Below, piece by piece: positions 24,409 through 37,909 of a stretch of DNA of 64,000 nucleotides (position 1 is its first letter; each line of letters starts with the position of its first letter). This stretch comes from Callorhinchus milii (taxonomy: Eukaryota), in the NCBI RefSeq assembly GCF_018977255.1, contig NW_024704742.1:64172001-64236000 (forward strand). Reading direction: 5' to 3'. Below the pieces are notes generated by a model. The model was not told the origin of the DNA, did no database searches, and saw only the letters and a list, made by a program, of their open reading frames with translations. A program made the translations under genes and the position numbers.

Positions 24409-24539
24409 ATTCAAGTCAAGAGAGAGACTACTACATACACACCTGATCCATACTTTAGGAATTCTAAATTTCAAGTTCTCACATAAGATCTCTATTGTAT
24501 CAGGCAGACAGCGGCTTCAGGTGGCAGATATAATTCAAT

Positions 24540-24840
24540 ACAGGAAAATATGAAGCCGCTCACTTTGGTAGGAAGAATAAAGAAGCCGACTGTCATTGGA
24601 TGGTAGGAACTTAAAAGGCGTAGAGGAGCAAAGGGATCTGGGATTCAGATTCGCAACAACAACAAAATTACATTTGTAAAGACTCAAAACGTAGCAACAC
24701 AGGAGGACAGGGGCATAATGAGTGTAAACGGCTTTCTGTCCAGAGAAATAGAGAGTAAAAATAGAGAAATAATGTAAATTTATATAAAAATGTGGTTAGA
24801 TCACATTTCAAAGGATAATGTAGCAGGGTTATGAAGATGA
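24540..24840 (+). mobile_element. Degraded CR1 ORF2 fragment
   Basis: cactttggtaggaagaat and gtagaggagcaaagggatctggga correspond to the CR1 HFGRKN and EEQRDLG motifs. Confidence 0.65.
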
Positions 24841-26907
24841 GAGTGTTTTTATATTGTAGCGGCAGAAGCACTATCTGTACTCCTTGACAACATACCCAAT
24901 AAAGTAAGTCTAAAACCTCACAATATTGTCTTGTTGGAGGAAAGCCTATTTGTTAATGAGTTGCTCTGAGTTAATGTAATCAAATTTTGCTTTTTGCAAC
25001 CTGGCAACAAAGTAGATTTGTTGGGATTTTTCAAATTTGTCTTGATAAGCAATGGAACCATTATGCACACCAAGGGTGGAATGCTTCCTCATTACTTTAA
25101 AATATCAGAGAGTTTAACCCTGGGTCTTCAGTTTGCCAATGAGTAACTATGATAAGGCTCCATACGTGAGCTGTTTGGAGATTGCTCTATTTCATCAGTT
25201 TATGTAAATCAGTCTCCTTCCAGACAATTAGATTTTATTTGATCAAAAAGAAAAGCCTCAAAGCAAGCCAGATAATGACAGAACTGCTTTTTTAAAAATT
25301 ATGTGAATTATAAAGGAGAATTCTTTTTGTTCGCTTTTTTTCACATGTCCAATTATATTTTGTGAAACATTTAAACTCTCTCCTAAAAGGACAACATTAT
25401 GTATGAAAAGACATTGAAAATGAAGATGACAGTGCCCTTAGTGCATTTCATCTGGGTATCTCTCTCAGATATCTCTGCAGGATTACTGTTTCCTGATTTG
25501 TAAAAATAATAACATAATCCTGCATTTGGTATAGCGCTTTTCATATCAGGAGGATGTCTCAAAGAGCTCCATGGGATATACTATAAACTGTAGTGACTGT
25601 GTACTTTGTAGGCAAACACAGTTTCTGTAGTTCATTGATTTCCATTCATTCTTCCCCACCCCATTCAAATGATTTCACACCAAGCACTTTCAGGGCAGAA
25701 TAAGTGGCGACGTTCCCAATGTTAAAGGCACTTTACCAAATGCAAAGCTTATTAATAATTGTGCCTGGTTGCCCATCTGCCTGCATGCATGCATATTGCA
25801 AATTGACAGAATTTTGATAAATTATGATCTAATCTCAACATTTAGTAAGGAATTGATGTGTAGAGATTGTTAATGTATAATTTGTTAATGCCGTTGCTTA
25901 ATAAGGAAGCCCATTAGGAATAAGGAATTCCCTTTGAATTGAATGTGGAAGAAGATTGTGCTGGGCCGAGTACCGCCTGCTCAGTGTGATAATAACAATA
26001 AACAATAATAATAATAATAAGCCTTTCATGTTGGGAGGACCTCTCAAAGGCCTTTGCAGGATGTACAGTAAATTGTATTTAGACTGTATATTTTGTAGGC
26101 AATCATGGAATCTAATTTCCATATAGCAATGTTCCAGCATTGGGGACTCCTGCCAATGACTTGAAGTTCGTCCCAAACAGTGTTGGTCATGTACTTCAAA
26201 TCATTGGTAGGAGTTCCCATTCATACAACTTGAATTTTTCATTAAAGAATCCCGATAAGTCTAGGCGGTGGGTGGCTAGGGCTAGAGGGGGCTCAGCAAG
26301 TCCCACCCACCTATTTAAGGGGAGCGGGGAGGGGGAAAACGTTGAAGACGACCACAGCCAATGGGGACCGCAGCCCCAAGCCGCGGTACCTGCAGGCTCA
26401 CCTGTCTTAAAGGGAACCGACTGTTTAACTGAGTTTCACTCAGACCCTGTTCACTATCCAAGGCAGCAGTTAAATCTGTTTGGACACCCTTCTTCCCTCA
26501 AATTCCCAGAAAATTATTGAAATAATTGTTTTGACAGGATTAAAGATAACATTTAAAAATGAATGCAGGTTTTTTTCATAGCAATTTTGCTACAAGTTTT
26601 GTTTTGTGCTACCAGTAAAAATAAATCAAACTGCGCTGCTCATGTCAACTCATTCTTAAAGCACGCTCCTACTGTTACACCACAACCACAGATTCGGGTG
26701 TTTTCACAAAATATTATTATTAATAATAATCTAAACCAACATTTCAATTAAGTGAAAACAGAACTCATTAAAATATATATATTTTTATAATAAACCTTTG
26801 TTCGACACTCCTAATGTTTTGTGGAATGTTTCTTTCCACTGGGAAGGAGCTTCGCCTTCCATTCAGCAGGTCCTCTCTCCAATGCCTTTGGATCTAAGTT
26901 GTGAGGT

Positions 26908-27340
26908 CATAGGAACATAGGAACAGGAGTAGGCCATTCATCCCCTAGAGCCTGTTCCATTATTCTATAAGATCATGGCTGATCTCTACCTCTACTCCAA
27001 TTACCCGCCTTTGACCCATAACCCTTGATACCCTGACCTAATACAAATCTATCCACCTCAGTCTTGAAAATTTGAATGGATTCAGCATCCACAGCCTTTT
27101 GGGGGAGAGAGTTCCAGATTTCCACTACCCTTTATGTGAAAAACTGCTTCCTGATTTCACTCCTAAATGGCCAACCACTAATTTTAAGTTTATGCCCCCC
27201 TTGTTCTGGATTTCCCACCAGAGGAAATAGTTTCTATGTAGCTACCCTAGCATATCCCTTTATCATTTTAAACACCTGAATTAGATCACCTTTCAACCTT
27301 TTAAATTCAAAGCAATAGAGACCAAGTTTATGCAACCTGT
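26908..27340 (-). mobile_element. CR1 LINE 3' fragment
   Basis: (cataggaa)n tail at the left end, then 3' UTR and ORF2 C-terminus in reverse; similar to 27562-28030. Confidence 0.9.
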
Positions 27341-27561
27341 CAGTGATCTTGCACTCTCCTGCAATCTTACTGGCCCGGTTCCTCTGGCAGAGAGTGCGCA
27401 TTTCATTCCAGACACAGGGAAATTTCCATGTGTAGGTGTCGTACGTGAAACACTCAGTCTGGTTTGGATACCTTAAAACATAACGATGAGTTTAAGCATC
27501 TGTCACACACCCAGCTGACGTAAAAAGTTCCCCAGTAAAATCGTTAAGGGACACAGAGAGG

Positions 27562-29455
27562 AAACATATAGGAATATAGGAACATAGGAACAGCGGGAGG
27601 CCATTCAGCCCTTCGAGCCTATTCCGCCATTTAATTAGATCATGGCTGATCTGTACCTCAATTGATCCTTTCAATTCCAATTTCCCGCTTTCTCCCCATA
27701 TCCCTTAATACTCTAACCTACCAAAAATCTATCAACCTCACTCATGAATGTGTGAATGGATCCAGCACCCACGGCCTTTTGGATGGAGAGAATTCCAGAT
27801 TTCCACGACTCTTGGAATGAAAAAATGCTTCCTGATTTCACTCTTAAATGGCTTGGTTCTAATTTTGAGACTGTGCCCCCTTGTTTTGGATTCCCCCATC
27901 AGAAGAAATAGCTTCTCTGTATCTACCCTATCGAATCCCTCTATCACCTTAAATACCTCAATCAAATCACCCCTCAACCTTCTGAACTCAAGGAAATACA
28001 ATCCAAGTTTACGCTTTTCTTGTAACTTAACCCTTTTACACCTGGTAGCATTCTGGTGAACCTGCACTGCACCCCCTCCAGGGCCAATATATCTTTCCTG
28101 AGGTGCGGTGCCCAAAACTGAACGCAGTCTCCAGGTGGGGTCTGACTAACGCTATATACAACTGAAGCATCATTTCTTCCCCTTTGTATTCCAGGTCCCT
28201 TGAGATAAAAGCCAACATTCCATTCGTTTTTTTGATTACTTTTTGCACCCGGGAACTAGTTTTTAGTGATTTGTGGATATGGACACCCAAATCTCTTTGC
28301 TCCTCTACAGTTCTTAATTTCTCCCCATCAAGAAAATCTGCCACAGTTTTGCTCACTTACATAATCTGTCTAAATCCCTTCGTAACTTCCTACAGACCCC
28401 TGGGGGGCACCACTTGTCACGTCCCGCCAATCAGAGAACGTTTCCTTTATCCCTACTCTCTGATTCCTGCCTTCCAACCAATTACCAAACCACGTCACAA
28501 GGTTAGCTCCAACTCCATGTGCTTCCATTTTCGCTAATAATCTTTTGGGTGGAACCTTATCCAATGCCTTCTGAAAGTCCATGTAAATGACATCCATAGA
28601 CACTCTCTTATCCACCATTTTAGTGACCTCCTCAAAAAATTCATCTAGGTTAGTCAGACCCTTCACAGACCCATGCTGACTTTCTTTGACTATCTATCCA
28701 AGTGTTCAGTCACTCTGTCCCTGATGATGGATTCTAGTATTTTCCTTACAACTGACATTAAGCTGATAGCTCTGTATTTTCCTGGTTTCTCCCTCCCTCC
28801 CTTCTTAAATAAAGGGGTGACATTCGCAATTTTCCAATCTAAGGGCACAATTCCCGAATCTAGTGAGCTTTCGAAAATGATGACGAATACACCTGCAATT
28901 TCCTCTCCTATTTCCTTTAACACCGCGGGGTGGAAACTATCAGGTCCTGGAGATTTGTCTATCTTGAGTCTCATTATTTTCTCCATTACCATTTTTTTAT
29001 TTATATTAATTTTATCAAGCATTTTTCTTTAACTTGTTTTTAGGTTCCCCTGTACAGCTGGTATATTGTCCTCATCCTCTACTGTAAAAACGGTAGCGAA
29101 GTATGTATTTAACAAGTCAGCCATTTCCTTATTTTCTGTCTTTAATGGACCCATATTCCCCTTGACCATTCTCTTTCTTTTAATATATTTATAAAAGCTT
29201 TCACTATTAGTTTTAATATCCCTTGCAAGTATTTTTTCTTATTACATTCTTTGTATCCCTTTGTTGCCTTTTGTAATTCTCCCAGACCTCTGCATTCCAC
29301 TTTTTCTTGCATTTGAGTAAGCCTTTTCTTTTGGTTTGATACAGTTTCTAACTTCTTTTGTCCACCATGGTTGCTTAACTACACAATTGGAGCTTTTGCA
29401 TCTTAGCGGTATGTACTTGGTCTGTATTGTATCAAATACTTTTTTGAATACTTCT
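27562..29455 (-). mobile_element. CR1 LINE, 5'-truncated, broken ORF2 with internal deletions
   Basis: Minus ORFs contain KSPGPDSFHPAVLKE, DWKIANVTPLFKKG, DVIYMDFQKA, TSGAPQGS, EQRDLGV and RRLRGDLIEVFK. Confidence 0.95.
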
Positions 29456-29552
29456 CAGGTGGGAATAATAAAAAAAATATTCTCCTCAGAGGAGATAATC
29501 AAGGTCTCTGTGGAGCTGAAACTAGCAATGTGTTGATATGCTTACCAACAGA

Positions 29553-30383
29553 AGAACATAAGAACATAAGAATTAGGAGCAGGAGTAGGCCATTCGGCCC
29601 CTCGAGCCTGCCCCGCCATTTGATAAGATCATGACTGATCTTCAGACCTAACTCTATCCCCATATCCCCTAATCCCTGTATTTATTAAAAATCTATCAGT
29701 CTCAGCCTTGAAAATGTTCAAGGACTGAGCATCTACAGCCTTCTGGGGTAGAGAATTCCATAAATTCACTACCCTCTGAGTGAAGAAATGTTTCCTCACC
29801 TCTGTTCTAAGATGCTGACCCTTAATTTTAAGACTGTGGCCCCTGGTTATAGATTCTCCTACCAGGGGAAACAGTCCCTTTAAGAACCTTATATGTTTCA
29901 ATAAGATCTCCCCTAATTCTTCTGTACTCTAGAGAATATAGCCCTAGTTTATTCAGCCTATCCTCATAGGTCAGTCCCTTCATCCCAGGAACTAACCAAG
30001 TGAAACTACGCTGCACCCCCTCCAGGGCAAGTATGTACTTTTTTAAATAAGGAGACCAAAACTGCACACAATACTCCAGGTGCGGTCTCACCAAAGCCCT
30101 ATACAGTTGCAGCAAGACTTCCCTACTCTTGTACTCTAAACCTTTTGCAATGAACGCTAACATGCCCTTCGCCTTCTTAGTTGCTCGCTGCACCTGCAAA
30201 CTAACTTTTTGAGACTAGTGTGCAAGGACACTCAAATCCCTCTGAACACTAACACTATCTAATCTCTCCCCCTTTTGAAAATAATCTGTTTTTCTATTTT
30301 TTCTACCTAGGTGAATAACTTCACACTTCCCCACATTAAATTCCATCTGCCACCTACTCGCCCACTCCCCTGGCCTATCTATA
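29553..30383 (-). mobile_element. CR1 LINE 3' fragment
   Basis: (aagaacat)n tail; minus ORFs contain LVRPHLEYCVQFWSPY, FFTQRVVNLWNSLP and WQMEFNVGKCEVIHLG. Confidence 0.95.
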
Positions 30384-30926
30384 TAGAAGGACATCTCAAA
30401 GTTCTTCACAGGATTTACTGTAAAGTGTAGTGATCGTGTAATTTTTAGGAAAACATGCAGCCATTTTGTACACACCAATGTCCCACTCACAGTGGGAAGT
30501 GAATGATCAATTTTATCTGGAGTAATTGTGGGCCAGGACACTAGGAGAAACTCTCTTTTCTTTTTGAATAGGGCCATGGGATCTTTAACATCCCAAAGCA
30601 CTTTGAGACATCCCTCTGATGTGATAAGGCATTGTGTCAAATACGATGATTATTATTATTATAATAGATTAAAAATACAAATTTCCTGCTTCATTTTCTA
30701 ACGAATGTTGGGCACTGGGAATTGTAATGGGAGACACCATTTACTTAGAAGCTTGGGTCAGCATTACATTACCACTGACATTAAATAAAAAAACACATAT
30801 TTAACACCAATATTTTATGAACCTCTATATCGCCCACAGTATTTCATCCTCCTTATGTCTTACTCTAACAACATTCAATCCCATTCCTAATCAGATATTT
30901 ATCTGATCGTTAACATCCACAAATAT

Positions 30927-32258
30927 CAGCACAGAAACAGCCCTGGTCAAACTGAGAAATGACATTCTGTCCATCTGCGACCAGAGCTTCCTTTGCCTCC
31001 TCGTTCTCCTTGACCTCTCTGCTGCTTTCGACACCATTGACCACTCTATCCTCATCCACTGCCTCTCCTCTCACCTCAACCTCCACTGCGCTGTCCTTGA
31101 CTGGTTCAGATCGTACCTCTCACACTACCTGCACTTCATATCTTCAAACAGCTTCTCCTCTAGCCCCCAGACCATCTCATGCGGCGTTCCTCAGAGCTCT
31201 GACCTTGGTCCCCTGTTCTTCAATATCTTTATACTCCCTCTTGGTGACATCATCCACAGACATGGTGTCAACTTCCACATATATGCAGATAACACCCAAC
31301 TGTACCTCTCTGCCTCCACCCTGGACTCCAGGACTACTGCTGTCCTGACGGAATGTCTGTCGGACATCAAGTCCTGGATGAGAGCTCACTTTCTTCAGTT
31401 GAAAGTCAACAAGACCGAGGCTCTCCTGATTGGCTCCCGTCAGCGCCTCCACACCTCAGGCGCTGACAGCATCACCATCCACGGTTGCACACTCCACCTC
31501 ACTGAGCCAGTCCAGAACCTTGGGGTTTTGTTTGACCCTCAAATATCCTTTCTACACCACATCTGTGCCATGACCCGTTCTGCTTTCCCCCACCTCCGCA
31601 ACGTCGCCCGGTTCTGACATTGTCTCACACCGCAGGCCACCGAAACCCTCATACACGCCTTCATTACATCGAAGCTTGACTATGCAAACTCCCTGCTTGT
31701 TGGCCTCCCCAATTCCTCCCTCCACAGGCTGCAGATCATTCAGAACTTTGCAGCTTGTGTCCTCTCCCATACCAGGCTCCGTGATCCTATCACCCTCATC
31801 CTCACCTGACTCCACTGGCTTCCCATCACACAGAGGATACAGTTCAAGATCTTGTTTCTCACCTTCAAAGCCCTCCACAGTCTTGCTCCCCCCTACCTCT
31901 CTGACCTCCTAACCCCCTACCATCCTGTTCGCTCCCTCTGCTCAATGGACTCCAGCCTGCTTCATGTCCCCCTCCCTGCTCGCCTCACTATTAGCGGGCG
32001 GGCCTTCCGCCACTCTGCCCCCACCCTCTGGAACTCCATCCCGCAGTCCCTCCACCTCACCTCTTCCCTTACTACCTTCAAGACCCACCTCAAAACCCTT
32101 CTGTTTGACCGTGCTTTCGATCTCCCTGCTTCCCCCCTTGCCCTCCACCACCCCCCACCGTAATCCCCAGCTTGGGTCCATACTCTGTCTGTCCAGGGCC
32201 TTGGGACGTCCTCCCAACGTGAAAGGTGCTATACAAATGTAATTTTGTTGTTGTTGCT
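30927..32258 (+). mobile_element. L2-clade LINE 3' part (RT to tail)
   Basis: STETALVK / LLDLSAAFDT / YADNTQL / FLQLKVNKTE motifs; tail gggacgtcctcccaacgtgaaaggtgctatacaaatgtaattt(tgt)n. Confidence 0.95.
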
Positions 32259-33419
32259 GTTATCAAGACTTCCTTTGATCCACACTGCATTAACTGTTTA
32301 TAATAATAATCATTAAATAATATATAATAATTATTATCATTATAAGTTTCTATTTGTAATGTGATATTCAATGTTCATATTAGCATTGGTGCTAATTATC
32401 GCATCGTGAAAAAATACGATCCAAACCTGTCTAACTTTTGAGAGTTTTGGGAAAGAACATCCTGTTCTCTCCCCCCACCCCAACCCCCAATTTCAGAACT
32501 AATACAGTACAATTTACAATGATATAGTGCCATTCATGTTGTCTCAAAGCGCTTGACAATGCTGGATGGTATCCCAGTAAATTAGTAAAGAGCCAGCACA
32601 GACACAAATGGCCTTCTTCTGTGCTGTAAATGCCTATGGTCCTATGTAGCTGAGGGTAGGAGAGCAGAGGAAGAATGGTTGAATGACTAATGGTTTGTGC
32701 TGAAGTCAGCTTTGTTCTATCAAACTACCCAAAGTCAGCAGTCGACCCCCAATTAATGAGCTGGAGTTGTGCTCATCAGCTATTGTATCAAAATCTACTC
32801 CTTTTGTGCTTTTTGTCACCTATTGTTCATACATCCAACCTGGGGCGTAGAACAGTCAGGTCACATTCTGTTATATTTCTTCACATACACGTCAAGTCAT
32901 TGCACTATTATCTTACACCATGGGGTGCCAAGCACATTCCTACGCTGAAATCAAACCAAAATTGGAGCAAAATAATGCCTTGTCTATTCCTACAAACATC
33001 AGCGCACATATCAGAGCACATTGCAAAAAAATACCCGTCTGAAGTGTTGATTACTCTTGAAGTATATCCACCTAAGCTTTTAATGCTCATAGAAGCTATC
33101 CTGTGTGAGGGTGCTGTATGAATGCAAGTTGTTGTTTTTAAAGGAATTTAAAGGTTTTTTTAAGGAATTTCCATTATTTGGTCCAATAATGATAACCAGG
33201 ATGCTGTCCTGATATCTTAGAGCACATTCCCACTACGAATGATACATTACTAAGAACATTAGAGGTGGGTCTGTTTGTCACTAATAATAATAATCATAAT
33301 CCTTGCATTTGATTATAGTGCTTTTTCACCTAGTTAAAATGACTCAAAGCACAGATATAGGGTACTGTAAAATGAATTGACTGTATTCTATGGGCGAAAC
33401 ATCTAAGTAGATAATTGCC

Positions 33420-33630
33420 ATACAGATACTCCTGGCATGAATAGATAAAATTATCAAGAAAGATTGGATAGGTTGGAAGTTATCTCGCTGGAGATAAGAT
33501 GATTGAGAGGGGACTTAATGGATGTGTTTAAGTTTATGAAAGGATTTGATAAGGTGGACTGTTTCCACTTGTTGGTGAATCAAAAACGAGAGGCCATAAA
33601 TATAAAATTACCACCAGAAGAATTCAAGAA
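33420..33630 (+). mobile_element. Degraded CR1 ORF2 fragment
   Basis: agatgattgagaggggacttaatggatgtgtttaag and ctgtttccacttgttggtgaatcaaaaacgagaggccat match the RRLRGDL and LFPLVGESKTRGH regions. Confidence 0.7.
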
Positions 33631-33801
33631 CAAAAGAAAAACTGCAGGCCGATGAAAAAGACAGAGAAATTAAAGCTTGTCAAACATAGCTTTATTGTTA
33701 GAATCTGATGCTTGTTTGTTCAGTGAAATTCTGCCTTCTGCTGCTGTCAATATTCTTTTGACGTTGAATCCATGAATCCATTGCAAAGCCACTCACTGCC
33801 T

Positions 33802-36325
33802 ACAACAACAACAAAATTACATTTGTATAGTGCCTTTCACATTAGGAGGCCATCCCAAGGTGCTGGATAATCAGTGTTTCAGACCTGAACTGGGGATCCA
33901 GATCGGGGACGGTGGAGGGAGGGCATTAGGAAGGTGACCGAAGGTACAGTCGAAGAGGAGGGTCTTAAGAAGAGTCTTGAAGGAGGTAAGGAAGGGGACA
34001 AGGCAAAGGGACTGTGGGATGGAGTTCCAGAAGGTGGGGGTAGAGTGGCAGAAGGTCTGCCTGCCAATGGCGGGGCAGGTGAGGTGGGAGACATGAAGCA
34101 GGCCAGAGACCACTGAGCAGATGGAGCAAACAGGATGGTAGTGGGTTAGAAGTTCACAGAGGTAGGAAGGAGCAAGGCCATGGAGAGCATTCAAGATGAG
34201 GACCAAAATCTTGAACTGTATCCTCTCTGTGATGGGAAGCCAGTGGAGTTGGGTGAGGATGGAAGTGATAGGGATACGGAGCCTGGTGCATGAGAGAACA
34301 CGGGCTGCAGAGTTCTGGATGATCTGCAGCCTATGGAGGGAGGAGTTGAGGAGGCCAATAAGCAGGGAGTTTGATTCGTCAAGCCTGGATGTTATGAATG
34401 TGTGCATGAGGGTCTCGGCGGCCTGCAATGTGAGACAGGGGTGGTTCCGGGAGATGTTGCGGAGGTGGGGGAAGGCAGAGCAGGACATGGCACGGATGTG
34501 GGGTAGGAAGGATAGTTGAGGATCAAATAAGACGTCAAGGTTCTGGACTGGCTTAGTAAGGTGGAGTGTGCAACCGTGGATGGTGATGCTATCAGTGCCC
34601 GAGGTTTGGAGTCGCTGACGGGAGCCAATCAGGAGAGCTTCGCTCATGTTGATGTTCAACTGTAGAAAGTTAGCTCTCATCCAGGACTTGATGTCTGACA
34701 GATATTCTGTCAGGACAGCAGTGGTCCTGGAGTCGAGGGTGGAGGCAGAGAGGTAGAGTTGGGTGTTATCCGCATACATGTGGAAATTGACCCCATGTCT
34801 GTGGATAATGTCACCAAGAGGGAGTAAACAGATATTGAAAAGGAGGAGACCAAGGATAGAGCATTGAGGAACTGCACACAAGATGATATGTGGGCTAAAG
34901 AAGAAGCTGTTTGTGGAGATGAAGTTGAGATGGAGGAGGATAGAGTGGTCAACGGTATCGAAGGTAGCAGACAGGTCAAGGAGGACGAGGAGGCAGAGAA
35001 AGCCCTGGTCGGAGATGGACAAAATGTCATTTGTCACTTTCACCAAAGCTGTTTCTGTGCTGTGGGTGGCACGGAAACCCAGTTGGAGGGGTTTGTGAAG
35101 GGAGTGGCAGGAGTGGAAGGAGCAAAGCTGGGAAGTAACAACTCATTCCAGGACCTTGGAAAGGAAAGGGAAGTTAAAGATGGGGTGGTAGTTTGAGAGC
35201 AGGGATGGGTCCAGGGAGGGTTTTTTAAAGATAGGAGTGATGTCAGCCATTTTCATAGGGGTCAAACAGTGCCAGTGGACAGGGTAAGGATTATGATGTA
35301 TGTGAGTAGAGGGGCAAGGAGGTTGAGCTGGGAGGTAAGGAGAGGGTGAGGTATGGGGTCGACGGAGCAAGTGGTCAGTTTCATGTGGGTTATAATGGTG
35401 ATGAGAGTGGAGGGAGAGACTGGTTCGAAAGTATGGAGGGAGGGATGAGTGGGGGCTGTGGTGAGAGGGGGAGATGAGGGGGAATGGTATTCGGAAGGGC
35501 TGAGGCAGCTGAGCAGATCCCCTCAACTTTAGTTTCAAGGAAGTCCAGCATCTTCTCTCAACAACAACAACAAGATTGCATTTATAGAGCACCTTTCATG
35601 TCGGGAGGACGTCCCAAGGCACTGGACAATTGGATCGGGACCCGAGCAGGGGGGAAATGGTCAGGATGAGGGGAGGGAAGGGAGGGAGCGAGGAGGGGGT
35701 AGAGAGTCGAGAGGGGAGGTAAAGGCACGGCATTGGCATTGGAGGAGAGGATGGGCAAGGAGTAAGCGGGTGGGTGGTGGAGCTAGTTGGTGATGGGGAA
35801 GAGGAGCCTGGGGTTGTCCTTGGCCTCCAAGATTGTCTTGGAGTAGAAGGATGATTTCGCGGAGGCGAGGGCGGAGTGGTAAGATTTGATAAGGTCCAGC
35901 CAGATCTGCCGATGGACTGTTAAGTTGGATTTGAGCCAGGTCAGTTCAGCGGCATGCACTTGAGCCTTAAGGGAGTGGAGGTGACTGGTATACCTAGGTG
36001 ACTTTCATGAGTAGGAGATGGTTTGGGAAGTAAAGGGGGCAAAGGCATTGCGGGTGGTGGAGAGGAATGTGTGGAGGAGAGTGACAGAGGAGGATAAATT
36101 ATTGTGGGAGGAAGCCTGGAAGTGGAGGAGTTCAAATGACTCCAAGGCAGCGGAGAAGGAGAGGGGGAGATTTTTTTCCAGAAGCGGTAGGCGATGGAGG
36201 TGGGTTGGATGCAATGGGGAGAGGAATTTAGGAGTGAAGTAATGGTCCGAGATGGCTTTGTTGGTGATGGTGTGGTCTGAGATGCTAAGACCCTGGGTAT
36301 CACCAGGTCGAGGAGTTGGCCATAG
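33802..36325 (-). mobile_element. L2-clade LINE, 5'-truncated, carrying a 391-codon open RT fragment
   Basis: ORF 33871-35046 (VKVTNDIL, LLDLSATFDTVDH, HMYADNTQLY, LHWLPI); upstream ITPIFKKPSLDP; (aca)n tail at 33802. Catalytic YADD reads YADN and the RT has a deletion, so it is inactive. Confidence 0.96.
35558..35730 (-). mobile_element. Short L2 3' end nested in the larger L2, same orientation
   Basis: A second (caa)n tail and stem-loop (catgtcgggaggacgtccc) interrupt the ORF2 linker region, which resumes at ~35730. Confidence 0.8.
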
Positions 36326-36334
36326 ATATTAGGA

Positions 36335-36639
36335 TAAAACCTTAGGCAAGTTTCCGTACTCCAAACATCTCCATGTATCTAGCAGTAAGTAAGAACCCAG
36401 TTGTTAGTCAATTGGTGGATCGCTATCCAGGATTAATAAGCCCTTAAAAAAAATTGGTTATTCAATCCGTGACTGTTTGTGGGACACTGCTGTGTGCAAT
36501 TGGCTGCCGCATTTCGCTCATACAATATACAGTGAATTCACTTTATAGTATAGTCTGTGAAGCGCTTTGAGACATGTTAACAACATGATAAGGCACTATG
36601 TCAAATGCAAGGATTATTATTATTATTGTTATTATTATT
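36335..36639 (+). mobile_element. SINE family A, long subtype, head truncated
   Basis: aaaccttaggcaagtttcc...ctagcagtaagt...Deu segment...(att)n. Confidence 0.85.
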
Positions 36640-36696
36640 AAGTCATGGAATGGCAATAGCAAGGAACAAAAATGAATGCATGGGAAGTCATTACTT

Positions 36697-36872
36697 AAGA
36701 ATATAGGAACAGGAGTAATTCAGCCCCTCGAACCTGTTTCGCCATTCTAATTAGATCATGGCTGATCTGTACCTCAACTTCATTTACCCACCTTTGCTCC
36801 ATATCCCTTGATACCTTAACCTAACAAAAATCTATCATCCTCAGTCTTGAAAATGTCAATTGATCCAGCACT
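36697..36872 (-). mobile_element. CR1 3' UTR fragment
   Basis: ataggaacaggagt...ttcagcccctcgaacctg...gatcatggctgatctgtacctc, as at 27590-27730. Confidence 0.85.
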
Positions 36873-37007
36873 GTTCCTGTAGTACTTGCTCCTCCACTGT
36901 TACATCATTCTAATCGAAATTCCTATCTCTTTCCCAGTACTCTTTTATTTATTGTATTTATTAATCATCACTTGCTTGATCTCCTGATCTCGACATTGCA
37001 CTGAAGT

Positions 37008-37050
37008 GGTGGGGGGGGGGGGGGGGGGTGAGGGGGCGAGGGGGCGGGGC
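37008..37050 (+). repeat. Poly-G / G-run tract
   Basis: A long uninterrupted G run followed by tgagggggcgagggggcgggg; G-quadruplex-capable. Confidence 0.85.
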
Positions 37051-37909
37051 AGTGGAATAATGCAACCATTAAAGGGAGAAAATCAATGAATAATCAAACT
37101 AAAAGCTAGTTGGAAGGTTTTTTGAGACAATTTATCTGCCTGTCAAAGAATTTAACACTGGAAGAAACATCCTGTGGATTTTAATGAAAAGTATATGCAC
37201 GTTCAGTGGAGTATTGATATTCATCCAGATCAAATGACTTCATCTGTGATTATGTTGTGCAAAGCTGCTTCCAGGACTGACTGCTCAGCACCAGTCGAGC
37301 ATTTTAGCTCACAGCAAAAAGTGAAGATCTAGGGTAGAAAGAAAGATGATTAAGAGGCGTTTTGATAGAGTAAATAAGGAGAAGCTGTTTCCACTAGTGG
37401 GTAGGTTCACTATGGTTATGCAGGTGAATTTTCCAATGACCCTCTTACAGCCTTCCCTTCCATCCTCCACAAGAACATGCATTCCACATCCTTTCTCACG
37501 CACCAGGCTCTACAAGTCCACAACCCCATCCATGGCTCACCATCTTATATCTGATCAACAGTAAGATTCTCTTCTTGACCTTCAGTTGCCTCCATGCTTC
37601 ATCTTAGCTTCAGGGGCCCTACTGCCCTGGCAGCTCCCTCAGTTCTGTCCTGCTTTACATGCCACCTCCCCCAACTCTCCCATACACCACATCCTACTAT
37701 TGGCTGATGAGCTTTCACCTACTTTTCCCCAACCATTTGGAACTCTCATCCCAAATCCCTCTGCCTAGCCCTATCTATTTCATCTTTTGCCCACAAATAT
37801 ACAGTCAATTCACTTTACAATCTATTCCGTGAAGCACTTTGAGATGTCTAGAAGACGTGAAAAGCGCTATATCAAATGCAAGGATTATTATTATTAAAAC
37901 TAAAATCTA

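Noticed and set aside
32690..33121. 143-aa ORF and an internal ACCATGG Kozak ATG
   Set aside because: No recognisable domain or splice structure; the ORF ends inside an L2 tail and the Kozak ATG opens only about 40 codons.
33871..35046. 391-aa ORF as a domesticated reverse transcriptase
   Set aside because: YADD is mutated to YADN, the RT core has an internal deletion and upstream ORF2 is broken; ordinary L2 decay explains it.
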